DNA of 49,561 bases, taken from NCBI GenBank assembly GCA_036231405.1, contig JAZAHK010000026.1, positions 1 through 49,561 of the forward strand. Direction: 5' to 3'. The notes beneath the pieces were generated by a model. That model had not been told where the DNA came from. It saw only the letters and a list, made by a program, of their open reading frames with translations, and searched no databases. The position numbers were made by a program, and so were the translations under genes. Source of the stretch: Nitrospinota bacterium. Its GTDB lineage: Bacteria > UBA8248. Positions 8,628-17,474 of the stretch are shown here, piece after piece (positions within the stretch are counted from its first letter, which is position 1; each line of letters begins with the position of its first letter).

Positions 8628-8783
8628 CCCCTACAAGAATAACTTCTATAGAAAAAGAAATAGTTTTACAAATCGACTTTAAAATTACAAAAGAGTAGAA
8701 TGAACTTGTAAGTGATACTGTATATAGATGCTGCTGTTTAGTCCATTCGTCTTTAATGTTTCGCTGATAAATCGGAGAGTTTT

Positions 8784-9671
8784 TTGATCCTATCGATAGA
8801 ACCAGTTTTTATGGCTCTTTCTGCGTCAGTCTTTTACTCTATAACCTTAATCTTTTTTCGTAGGGGCCTTGAATATGGTTCTCCCTTCGTTGCTATTCTT
8901 TTTATCAATGCATTTGTTTGTATTGCTGGATTCTTCTTTTCATCACTAACAGAGCACATCCCACAGATTTCATTGAATGCATTATTCTGGTTTATCGTAA
9001 CAGGGATTGTAGGTTTTGGTATTGGTCATCTTATCGCATTTATAGGGATTCAAAAAATCGGTGTCAACAGAAGTGCACCTATAACTTCAGTTACTCCAAT
9101 ATGGAGCGTTTTATTTGCTGTGCTATTTTTGAACGAAAAACCTAATTTTTATGTTTGTTTTGGAACATTTTTAATTGCAGCTGGTGTATGGATTCTTTCT
9201 ATTAAAAGCAAAGTAGAGGAGGTGGCTAACGAAGATATAAAGAGCGGGTTAATTTGCTCATTATCAGCTTCAATTCTTTTTTCCATAATGCCGGTTTTCT
9301 TGAAATATGCTTATTCAGACCAAGCTACACCTTTTTTCGGAATGTCTGTTGCTTTTGGAACTGGGGCTATTGCAGTTTGTCTAACGAGACCTTTCCTTCC
9401 TAAAGATGTGAATCGAAAAACAGAAAAATTAGGATTTCAGTTTTTTGCAATTGCAGCATTTTTTAACGTTTTTGCATCAATCTTTATGTGGCATTCAATG
9501 CATAAAGGCGATATTTCCGTTATTATTCCTGTTAGCAGACTGAATACTTTGTGGGTTTTAATTTTAAGTTTTTTCTTTTTGAAAAAAGTGGAAACTCTAA
9601 GTCTACGTATTGTGATTGGTGCGCTGATTGTTCTTATAGGTGGTATGCTAGTTATTGTTTATAGGTTCTAA
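8784..9671 (+). CDS. EamA/DMT family transporter
   Basis: About 10 hydrophobic segments in two repeats, LFAVLFLNEK; TTG start with GGAGAG RBS. Confidence 0.88.
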   Translation: MILSIEPVFMALSASVFYSITLIFFRRGLEYGSPFVAILFINAFVCIAGFFFSSLTEHIPQISLNALFWFIVTGIVGFGIGHLIAFIGIQKIGVNRSAPITSVTPIWSVLFAVLFLNEKPNFYVCFGTFLIAAGVWILSIKSKVEEVANEDIKSGLICSLSASILFSIMPVFLKYAYSDQATPFFGMSVAFGTGAIAVCLTRPFLPKDVNRKTEKLGFQFFAIAAFFNVFASIFMWHSMHKGDISVIIPVSRLNTLWVLILSFFFLKKVETLSLRIVIGALIVLIGGMLVIVYRF

Positions 9672-9704
9672 TAATTTTAAAATACTGAGTATAGGCAGTA
9701 AATT

Positions 9705-10823
9705 ATGTTTGTTCCTCTTTATGATTTCAAACGTCACGTTGATGTTCTTGAGAAAGATATTGTCTCGTCAATTCATTCCGTAATGGAAAGACAAGACTTT
9801 ATTATGGGAAAAGAAGTTAAAGAACTAGAAGAGGAAATTGCTAAATATATAGGAAGTTCTTTTGCTTTTGGAGTGTCTTCTGGGACAGATGCACTTATTC
9901 TGTCTTTGATGAGTTTAGGTGTTGGTATCGGGGATGAAGTAATGACTACCCCTTTCAGTTTTTTTTCTACAGCAAGTGTCATAGCTCGTTTAGGTGCAAA
10001 GCCTGTTTTCGTTGATATAGAAAAAGAAAGTTTGAATCTCAACTCTTTAAAAGTTCCGGAATTAATGAGTTCAAAAATTAAAGCTATTATCCCTGTTCAT
10101 CTTTTTGGAAGAATGGCTAAATTAGATTCTCTCCTTAAACTTAAATCTGATTTTCAATTCTCTATTGTAGAGGATGTAGCTCAGGCTTTAGGTGCAAAGA
10201 GTGATTTAGGTATGGCAGGTTCCGTTGGTGATATTGGATGTTTTTCTTTCTATCCTACTAAAAATTTAGGAGCATTCGGAGATGCAGGGATGATTACCAC
10301 TTCATGTAATGACTTAGTTAACCCCATATCATCGCTTCGAATTCACGGTTCTTTGAATGGGAAAAGTTATGAGTCGATTGGAGGAAATTTTCGTTTGGAT
10401 ACGATGCAAGCAGCTGTTTTGCTTGTGAAATTAAGAAAAATAGATGAATGGAATAAAGAAAGGATTAAATTAGCTAAGCATTATAATAATCTTTTAGAAG
10501 CACTTGAAATTCAAGAATTTTTAGGTTTCCCAAAGATATCGGATGACGGTCATGTTTTTCATCAATATGTCGTGAGAGTAAAGTATAGAGAAGAGTTGAA
10601 AAAGTTTTTGCAAGCAGAAAACATTAGTACGGGAGTCTACTATACAGATCCATTGCATTTGCAACCATGTTTTCAATTTCTGGGTCATAAAAAAGGTGAT
10701 TTTCCTGAATGTGAGCTCGCGTGTTCTGAAGTATTGTCACTTCCGATTTTTCCGGGTTTGAAATTTGAAGAGCAAATCTATGTCGTGGAAAAAATAGAGG
10801 AATTTTACAGAAAGAAAAAATAA
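9705..10823 (+). CDS. DegT/DnrJ/EryC1/StrS sugar aminotransferase
   Basis: SSGTDAL, IIPVHLFG, VEDVAQA, SFYPTKNLGAFGDAG (PLP Lys). Confidence 0.95.
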   Translation: MFVPLYDFKRHVDVLEKDIVSSIHSVMERQDFIMGKEVKELEEEIAKYIGSSFAFGVSSGTDALILSLMSLGVGIGDEVMTTPFSFFSTASVIARLGAKPVFVDIEKESLNLNSLKVPELMSSKIKAIIPVHLFGRMAKLDSLLKLKSDFQFSIVEDVAQALGAKSDLGMAGSVGDIGCFSFYPTKNLGAFGDAGMITTSCNDLVNPISSLRIHGSLNGKSYESIGGNFRLDTMQAAVLLVKLRKIDEWNKERIKLAKHYNNLLEALEIQEFLGFPKISDDGHVFHQYVVRVKYREELKKFLQAENISTGVYYTDPLHLQPCFQFLGHKKGDFPECELACSEVLSLPIFPGLKFEEQIYVVEKIEEFYRKKK

Positions 10824-10887
10824 TTTTCGTTTATAAAGAGTTTTTTGTTATTGTTGAATTATGGTCTTTTTTATAGGAGCTTGAGAG

Positions 10888-11718
10888 TTGGATTTGTATG
10901 GTCTTTTAGAAAAGAGTAGTTCTGTGCTGTTGTCTTATCTTTTGAATATCATCGGCGCAATAGTTATCCTAATTTTAGGAAAGATTTTTGCCAATTGGTT
11001 TGCTCGGATTGTCGATAGGGGTATGGAACGTGTTCCTGGTCTCGATCCTACTCTAAAACCACTGGTTCTGAATATTCTACGTTATTCTATATATGTATTT
11101 GTAGTTGCCGCAGTTCTTGCCCAGTTTGGGGTGCAAACAGCAAGCATCATTACCGTTCTTGGCGCTGCTGGTTTAGCGATAGGACTTGCTCTACAAGGCA
11201 CACTTTCGAATATTGCGTCTGGTGTGATGTTAATCCTACTCTCTCCTTTAAAGGTTGGGGAGTATATTGATGCAGAGGGTGTTGCCGGTACAGTTGTAGA
11301 GATTGGTTTGTTTTCAACGAATTTAAAGACTTTTGATGGCATTTTTGTTTCAGTCCCCAATTCTACTCTGTGGAGTAGTACAATTAAAAACTATTCACGT
11401 TTTCCAACTAGAAGAATTGATTCTGTAGTTGGAATTAGTTATGAAGATGATGTAGATAAAGCGATTGCCATGCTCTTAGAAGTTTTGGAATCAGAGCCAA
11501 GAATCCTATCTAATCCTTCTCCTAAAGTTCTTGTAGATGAATTGGCTGACAGTTCTGTGAATCTTAATATGCGCGGTTGGGTAGTAAGTAAAGATTACTG
11601 GGATGTTTCGTTTGATTTGAAACGAGAATCAAAATTAAAGTTAGAGTCAAATGGTTTCACAATCCCATTCCCGCAAAGGGATATTCATTTATATCCTGAC
11701 AAGGATCAGTCTAGTTGA
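10888..11718 (+). CDS. mscS: Small-conductance mechanosensitive channel
   Basis: LGAAGLAIGLALQGTLSNIASG, IPFPQRDIH. Confidence 0.93.
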   Translation: MDLYGLLEKSSSVLLSYLLNIIGAIVILILGKIFANWFARIVDRGMERVPGLDPTLKPLVLNILRYSIYVFVVAAVLAQFGVQTASIITVLGAAGLAIGLALQGTLSNIASGVMLILLSPLKVGEYIDAEGVAGTVVEIGLFSTNLKTFDGIFVSVPNSTLWSSTIKNYSRFPTRRIDSVVGISYEDDVDKAIAMLLEVLESEPRILSNPSPKVLVDELADSSVNLNMRGWVVSKDYWDVSFDLKRESKLKLESNGFTIPFPQRDIHLYPDKDQSS

Positions 11719-11735
11719 AAAGTCTTGCATTTTTT

Positions 11736-12080
11736 CTAGGACCTAAGAAGTAATGTTAAAAAGGCGACGAGTAAGACAAACACTCCTAACCAAAGGAATT
11801 TCCCTTCGCTCCCAAGATAATTGTACCAGTCCTCTTTTTCTTGAGTAGTGAGTTCGTTTTCAGTCGAGGATGAATCCTCGATGGAGTTTTCTGAGTTTGT
11901 TCTTCTCTTTTCATTCATCCTTGTCCTAGCGGTCCAATTGAGTAGTGCAAAATATAGAAGAAACAACAGTAGGAAAGATACTGCTGTCAGTCTTGCTGCG
12001 ATATGAGTACCAAAAATCCAACTCCCTGCTGCTAGTCCAATTATTCCAATTAGAAAAAAAGGAGCACAACCTGTTAGCAT
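11736..12080 (-). CDS. Hypothetical membrane protein (3 hydrophobic segments)
   Basis: AGGAG RBS; two N-terminal TM-like segments, an acidic loop and a C-terminal TM-like segment. Confidence 0.7.
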   Translation of the reverse strand: MLTGCAPFFLIGIIGLAAGSWIFGTHIAARLTAVSFLLLFLLYFALLNWTARTRMNEKRRTNSENSIEDSSSTENELTTQEKEDWYNYLGSEGKFLWLGVFVLLVAFLTLLLRS

Positions 12081-12115
12081 TTCATCTCCTAGATATTTAT
12101 ATGGGAGTATATGAA

Positions 12116-12712
12116 CTAGAATTTATTTTCAGTACCATCTATAAGACGGCCGATATTTTCTTTATGCCTAAAAATTATGATAAAGGCAACGATTACTGAA
12201 AGGAAAATAATATTCGAGGAATAATTAAAGAAGTATGCAGAAATAGGGAAGGCAATAACTGCTATAAGAGAACTGATAGAAACAATTCTTAAAGTAGAAG
12301 CAAAAAGAATAAAGACTCCCAAGGAGAGGAGTGATAGATAGGGAGAAAGAGCAAAGAAAACTCCTAAGGAAGTCGCGACTCCTTTCCCTCCCCGAAATTT
12401 TACGAAAGGAGAAAAAATATGGCCAAGTATTGCGACCAACCCACAGAGCAATTCAGGAGCAAAAAATAAATTGTAATTTTTTTGTATTTGACTCCCTATT
12501 AAAACTGCAATACTTCCTTTTGCTATATCTGCGATTAAAGTTAAGATAGCAATACTTTTATTTCCTGAGGAACGTAAGACATTTGTAGCTCCAATATTTC
12601 CGCTTCCTGTTTTCCTCGGGTCTTCCGCCCGAAATATACGAGAAAAGACAATTCCGAAAGGTATTGAACCTAAGAGGAATGCAAGAAAAGACGAAAAAAT
12701 GATTGGAATCAT
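12116..12712 (-). CDS. plsY: Glycerol-3-phosphate acyltransferase PlsY
   Basis: GSGNIGATNVLR, GHIFSPF..FRGGKGVAT, RHKENIGRL. Confidence 0.96.
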   Translation of the reverse strand: MIPIIFSSFLAFLLGSIPFGIVFSRIFRAEDPRKTGSGNIGATNVLRSSGNKSIAILTLIADIAKGSIAVLIGSQIQKNYNLFFAPELLCGLVAILGHIFSPFVKFRGGKGVATSLGVFFALSPYLSLLSLGVFILFASTLRIVSISSLIAVIAFPISAYFFNYSSNIIFLSVIVAFIIIFRHKENIGRLIDGTENKF

Positions 12713-13227
12713 TGGAAAATTTCCTTGGCAGATTTTCTGAAATATTCAATGCCAGAAATGATCGCTAAAATCATAGCTAAGATTAAGAGATATCTCGCAA
12801 AAACTGGAAATAAATTTAAAATGAGCATAGTGATGGAGGCTACCTCCAACACCATTTTACATTTCCCCATCATCTGTGCAGGCATAATATTGCCTTCGTT
12901 TATAGCAAATGCTCTTAAAACTGTAACTAGAAATTCTCTGCCTATAATTATCCCAGCAAGCCATGCATCAACTCTTCCGAGTGAGACTAAAGGAAGTAAA
13001 GCAGAAATAATTAGCAATTTATCTGCTATTGGATCTAATATTGCTCCTAGAGTGGTCGTTTGATTTCTTCTGCGTGCAAGATGTCCATCTAACCAATCAG
13101 TAAATGTAGCTATGATAAAGAATAGGGCAGCGATTTTGTTTGAACTTTTTGATCCCTCTATTAGGAATAATACAACTATAGGAATTAGCAGGATCCTAGA
13201 GCAGGTCAATGTATTAGATAGATTCAA
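12709..13227 (-). CDS. pgsA: CDP-diacylglycerol--glycerol-3-phosphate 3-phosphatidyltransferase
   Basis: TDWLDGHLARRRNQTTTLGAILDPIADK, GREFLVTVLR. Confidence 0.95.
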   Translation of the reverse strand: MNLSNTLTCSRILLIPIVVLFLIEGSKSSNKIAALFFIIATFTDWLDGHLARRRNQTTTLGAILDPIADKLLIISALLPLVSLGRVDAWLAGIIIGREFLVTVLRAFAINEGNIMPAQMMGKCKMVLEVASITMLILNLFPVFARYLLILAMILAIISGIEYFRKSAKEIFQ

Positions 13228-13240
13228 AACTTATCCCAAA

Positions 13241-14254
13241 TTATTTAAAGATTTCAAAAAAGTCGAAGCCTTTCTCTTTGTTTTGTTTTATGAGTTTATT
13301 CTTTTTTATTTTCTTTTTTGTTGTAGTTTCATTTTTGAAAAACTTAAAAAAGTCGAAGCCTTTCTCTTTGTTTTGTTTTATGAGTTTATTCTTTTTTATT
13401 TTCTTTTTTGTTGTAGTTTCATTTTTGAAAAACTTAAAAAAGCCAAGACCTTTCTCTCTCCAATTTAATTTCTTATTCTTAAAATCAGAAGACATAGTTT
13501 TGATTGATTCTAAGAAATTTATTGCTTTTTTTCTATATTTTGTTCGAGGGTAGTCCTCTAATAATTGCATGAAAGTTTTCCAGGCCTTTTTGTAACTTTG
13601 TTCTTTGAAATATGCATTTCCTAGGTAGAAGAGAGAGTTTTCTTTTACCTTTAAAGAGTCAGGGTAATTAAGAATTATTTTATTGAATCTTGGAATACAT
13701 GAAACATTAATTCCCTTCTTGAAATAAAAATATGCTATGGAAAACTCATGTTCTGATAAAAACTCCTGTATCTCTTTTATTTTTTGTGTAGTTTTTTCTT
13801 TATATTTAGATTTTGGGAATCTTTTTAATAATTCTCTGAAATTTTTCAAGGCATTTTGAGTGTTTTCTTGATCCTGGTCATGGTAATTAGTGACATTAAA
13901 GTAAGACATTGCGAGTAAAAAGTAGGCCTTGTCAGTGAGTCTGCTTAATGGGTAAAGCTGTACGAATTCTGAAAACTGAACTTGAGCTTCTAAAAACTCT
14001 TCATCTCGATAATAAACTTCGGCCAGATTAAAAAGTGCTTCTCTTCGGTGTTTACTATTTGGGTATTTTTTTAAAAGGAGTTCGAAAGCATTTTTTGCAT
14101 TTTCATATCTCTCGGAAACGAGGTCTTCTTGCCCTATCGTTAATAATCTTCCTGGTGGGGCTCCTTCTTTTGGTTTCGAGAAGCAACCATTCAGGCTCAT
14201 AATTGAGACAATTAGAAAGATTGTTATTCCAGTAATTTTTAGGTTAAAAATCAT
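13241..14254 (-). CDS. bamD: Outer membrane assembly lipoprotein BamD with repeat-expanded C-terminus
   Basis: Lipobox LNGC, TPR helices, DQDQENTQNALKNF, EHEFSIAYFYFK. Start uncertain (14254 or 14284). Confidence 0.85.
   Translation of the reverse strand: MIFNLKITGITIFLIVSIMSLNGCFSKPKEGAPPGRLLTIGQEDLVSERYENAKNAFELLLKKYPNSKHRREALFNLAEVYYRDEEFLEAQVQFSEFVQLYPLSRLTDKAYFLLAMSYFNVTNYHDQDQENTQNALKNFRELLKRFPKSKYKEKTTQKIKEIQEFLSEHEFSIAYFYFKKGINVSCIPRFNKIILNYPDSLKVKENSLFYLGNAYFKEQSYKKAWKTFMQLLEDYPRTKYRKKAINFLESIKTMSSDFKNKKLNWREKGLGFFKFFKNETTTKKKIKKNKLIKQNKEKGFDFFKFFKNETTTKKKIKKNKLIKQNKEKGFDFFEIFK
13256..13457. repeat. 90-bp exact tandem repeat x2 plus a diverged partial copy at the bamD 3' end
   Basis: 13256-13345 is identical to 13346-13435; encodes FFKFFKNETTTKKKIKKNKLIKQNKEKGFD. 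Confidence 0.95.
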
Positions 14255-14346
14255 TTGTATGGCTTTCAAATTAAATAAAATCATTTAAGAGAATAATGAG
14301 TATATTTAGATTTAATCTCTTTGCAATCAACTTAATTTAGAAAAGA

Positions 14347-15987
14347 CTATTTTCCAATTATGATTATATCTCCTGGGTATATAACGCTCGAAGATGGTAT
14401 TTTATTAAGTAGAAGGAGAGATTTTATTTTTACCCTATATTTTTTTGCAATCAATGAGATATTTTCTCCTTTTTTTACTTTATGTTTCTTAGTTCTAATT
14501 TGTTTTTTTTTCTTTCTCACTTTTCTTTTATCAATTTTAGCATTTCTTTTGATTATTAAAATATCACCTGCAAAAATTCGGTTTGCATGTTCTATGTTGT
14601 TTGTTTTCAATATATTGTAAATGCTAGTTCTATATTTTATGTCTATTCCCGATATAGTTTCTCCACGTTTTACCAAGTGTGTTAAACCTGAGGGATTTAT
14701 ACTTTTATTGCTTAATATTATTTTTGTTTTCTTGAGTTTGGGTAAATGAATAGTTTTTCCAATTCTCAAACGCTTCGGTTCAATATTAGGATTGAATTCC
14801 ATTAACGTAGACATTGGAATTTTTAGTTTTATTGCTATCGAACTAAATGTGTCTCCACGTTGTATCCTATACTTTCCCGCACGAATATAACTCTTAGGAG
14901 GAAGTTTGCTGAGTCGTGAAAGAAAGAACCTAGCTTTCCATTTTGGTAGCTGAATCGTATGCCCTCTTCCTGGTGGGGTCTGCCATCTTCTAAGCTGGGG
15001 ATTGTATTTTTTGAGGTTTTTAATACTCATTTTCGATAATTTTGAAACTAGTCTTAAGTTCATTCCTCTAGGGAGAGGTACAGTCTCAGTTTCTAAAGGG
15101 AGTTGGTAATTTAGGTCTACAAAACCGAAAACTTTTGGATATTTAGCTAAAATTAGACCTGCTATGTATTTCGAAACATATTGTTTTGTCTCGTTAGGTA
15201 CGTATCTAGTTCTAATTATTTCCCAATATGTTTTTTTTCTTGTTCTCTTCAATATCCTTTGTATCCTATTTTCACCAGCATTGTATGCGGCTAATGCTAA
15301 GTGCCAATCTTGAAATTGTTCATGCAATTTTTTCAGATAAACGGCTGCGGCCTTCGTAGACTTAATTGGGTCACGTCTTTCGTCTACATAATAATTTATC
15401 TTCAGTCCAAATCTTCTTCCTGTCCCTGGCATAAATTGCCAAGGGCCAACTGCACCTGCCCTCGATCTTGCTCTTAAGTTAAAGCCACTTTCAATTAGAA
15501 CTAAGTAAGCGAGATCTTCTGGTATTTTGTTCTCTTTTAAGATTTTTCTGAATAGAGGAATATACCTTCCGCCTCGCTCCATCCACCGTTTGAATCGATA
15601 TCTAAACTTTGAAGAGGTGAAAAAATTGATCCATCTATCGACCCTAGAATTTCTATTTATAGGTATATCGAATCGAAAACCATTAGGCGTCAAGTTTTCA
15701 GGCAGTTTTAATTTCGGTGTTTTTTCGGCAATTTTCACAGGAGAAGGTAAAATGATATCATGAGGAGGGCTTAATTCTAGATTTTTCTCTTGATTCTTTT
15801 TTACAGGGATTACTCTTTTTACAGGGATTACTCTTTTTACAAGGATTACTCTTTTAGCTTTCTTTTTCTCCTGAACTTTATCGGAGCGTTTATTTTTAAT
15901 AACTTCGGGAAGAGTTTCTTTAAGACTGGACGTGCAACTTGTTATAAAAAGAGTGGAGACAATTAAGACAAAAAGTATTTTCATCAT
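14347..15987 (-). CDS. mltD: MltD-like lytic murein transglycosylase lipoprotein with three clear LysM domains
   Basis: Lipobox ITSC, LIESGFN, GAVGPWQFM, ALAAYNAG; LysM starts YRIQRGDT, HLVKRGET, HKVKKGEN. Confidence 0.9.
   Translation of the reverse strand: MMKILFVLIVSTLFITSCTSSLKETLPEVIKNKRSDKVQEKKKAKRVILVKRVIPVKRVIPVKKNQEKNLELSPPHDIILPSPVKIAEKTPKLKLPENLTPNGFRFDIPINRNSRVDRWINFFTSSKFRYRFKRWMERGGRYIPLFRKILKENKIPEDLAYLVLIESGFNLRARSRAGAVGPWQFMPGTGRRFGLKINYYVDERRDPIKSTKAAAVYLKKLHEQFQDWHLALAAYNAGENRIQRILKRTRKKTYWEIIRTRYVPNETKQYVSKYIAGLILAKYPKVFGFVDLNYQLPLETETVPLPRGMNLRLVSKLSKMSIKNLKKYNPQLRRWQTPPGRGHTIQLPKWKARFFLSRLSKLPPKSYIRAGKYRIQRGDTFSSIAIKLKIPMSTLMEFNPNIEPKRLRIGKTIHLPKLKKTKIILSNKSINPSGLTHLVKRGETISGIDIKYRTSIYNILKTNNIEHANRIFAGDILIIKRNAKIDKRKVRKKKKQIRTKKHKVKKGENISLIAKKYRVKIKSLLLLNKIPSSSVIYPGDIIIIGK
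15797..15855. repeat. 18-bp tandem repeat x3 (KRVIPV) in the MltD N-terminal linker
   Basis: Unit ctttttacagggattact, one copy with a substitution. Confidence 0.85.
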
Positions 15988-16028
15988 TTTCTCTTATTCT
16001 CTTTCCACTCTGGTTTTATTATTTCTAC

Positions 16029-17474
16029 TTATCTGCGATGTTCGCTTGTTGAAATGTTTTTGAATAAATTCAATTGATCCTTAGCATTTTCAATCGAAAT
16101 AGGGTACTTACCATTAAAACATGCAACACAGAACTCATCCTCGTTCGGCCTAACACATTTCAGAAGTCCTTCCATGGAGAGGTAGCTTAAAGAGTCTACT
16201 TCTAAAATATCTCTTATTTCATCCGGACTTTTTGAAGAGGCTATTAATTCCTCCTTGCTAGGCATATCAATTCCAAAGAAACATGGATTTGTGATAGGAG
16301 GAGAACTTATCCTCATGTGCACTTCCTTCGCTCCCGCAGTTCGTATCATTTCAACTATTTTATTGCTTGTAGTTCCCCTTACTATAGAATCGTCAACTAC
16401 TACTACTTTTTTCCCAGCTAAATAGTGTTTTATAGGATTTAGTTTAATTTTAACACCGAAATGTCTTATGGATTGTTGCGGCTCAATAAAGGTCCTTCCA
16501 ACGTAGTGATTTCTTACTAAACCCATTTCTAATGGAATTCTAGACTCATTAGAAAATCCTAGTGCCGCTGCTAAACCCGAATCCGGAACAGGAACTACTA
16601 CGTCTGCATCGATCTTACTTTCTTTAGCTAATTCAGCCCCAAGTTGCTTTCTAATTGTGTATGCATTGTGCCCAAATAGGAAACTATCTGGTCGTGCGAA
16701 GTATATGAACTCAAAAATACACTGAGTAATAGAAGTATTTTGGAATGGCCTATAACTTTCTAAGCCATTTTTCCCAACTACTACCATTTCTCCTGGCTCA
16801 ACTTCTCTGACGAATTCTGCATCCATTAGATCCAAGGCACAGGTCTCGCTGCACATAACCCAAGCTATCTCTTCGTTTGTTCCGGTCATTTTTCCTAATA
16901 CTAGAGGACGAAATCCGTTAGGATCTCTTATCCCAAACAATTTGTCATGGGTCATTATAGTTAGGGCGAAAGCACCTTTTAGCATTCTTAATGCTTCGAT
17001 GATAGCATTTTCTATTTCTTGCTCTTTTGATTTGGCAATTAAATGAAGGATAGCTTCACTGTCAGTTGTAGTCCGGAAAATAGAACCATTTTCTTCAAGA
17101 CTTTTTCTAAGTTCTATTCCATTAATTAGATTGCCATTGTGCGCAAGTGAAATAGTTTGATTTGTAGTTACTACTGTTAAAGGTTGAGCATTTTCTATAT
17201 TAGAATGACCAGCGGTCGAATATCTGTTGTGTCCCATAGCGATATGACCTTGTAGGCTTGAGAGTCTTTCCTTATTAAAGATATCGGAAACTAGTCCCAT
17301 TCCAATTTCAGAATGTACCTTTTTTCCATTCGAAGTGGTTATTCCAGAACTTTCTTGTCCCCTGTGCTGAAGCGCATAGAGACTTAGGTATGCCATGTTC
17401 GCAGCTTCAGGATGACCGTAGATGCCAGTTACTGCACATTCTTCGCGAGGATGGTCGTCAACGATTTCTATCAT
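16029..17474 (-). CDS. purF: Amidophosphoribosyltransferase (propeptide, Fe-S type)
   Basis: PREE|CAV, QHRGQES, GHNRYST, VVDDSIVRGTT, FCVACF. Start at 17474 by TAATG overlap with purL. Confidence 0.97.
   Translation of the reverse strand: MIEIVDDHPREECAVTGIYGHPEAANMAYLSLYALQHRGQESSGITTSNGKKVHSEIGMGLVSDIFNKERLSSLQGHIAMGHNRYSTAGHSNIENAQPLTVVTTNQTISLAHNGNLINGIELRKSLEENGSIFRTTTDSEAILHLIAKSKEQEIENAIIEALRMLKGAFALTIMTHDKLFGIRDPNGFRPLVLGKMTGTNEEIAWVMCSETCALDLMDAEFVREVEPGEMVVVGKNGLESYRPFQNTSITQCIFEFIYFARPDSFLFGHNAYTIRKQLGAELAKESKIDADVVVPVPDSGLAAALGFSNESRIPLEMGLVRNHYVGRTFIEPQQSIRHFGVKIKLNPIKHYLAGKKVVVVDDSIVRGTTSNKIVEMIRTAGAKEVHMRISSPPITNPCFFGIDMPSKEELIASSKSPDEIRDILEVDSLSYLSMEGLLKCVRPNEDEFCVACFNGKYPISIENAKDQLNLFKNISTSEHRR

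Noticed and set aside
8716-8735. LexA-like site (tactgtatatag...)
   Set aside because: Only a CTGT half-site; no ACAG at the required spacing.
13112-13553. Plus-strand repeat-containing ORFs 13112-13468 and 13278-13553
   Set aside because: Antisense to pgsA/bamD and produced by the 90-bp repeat.
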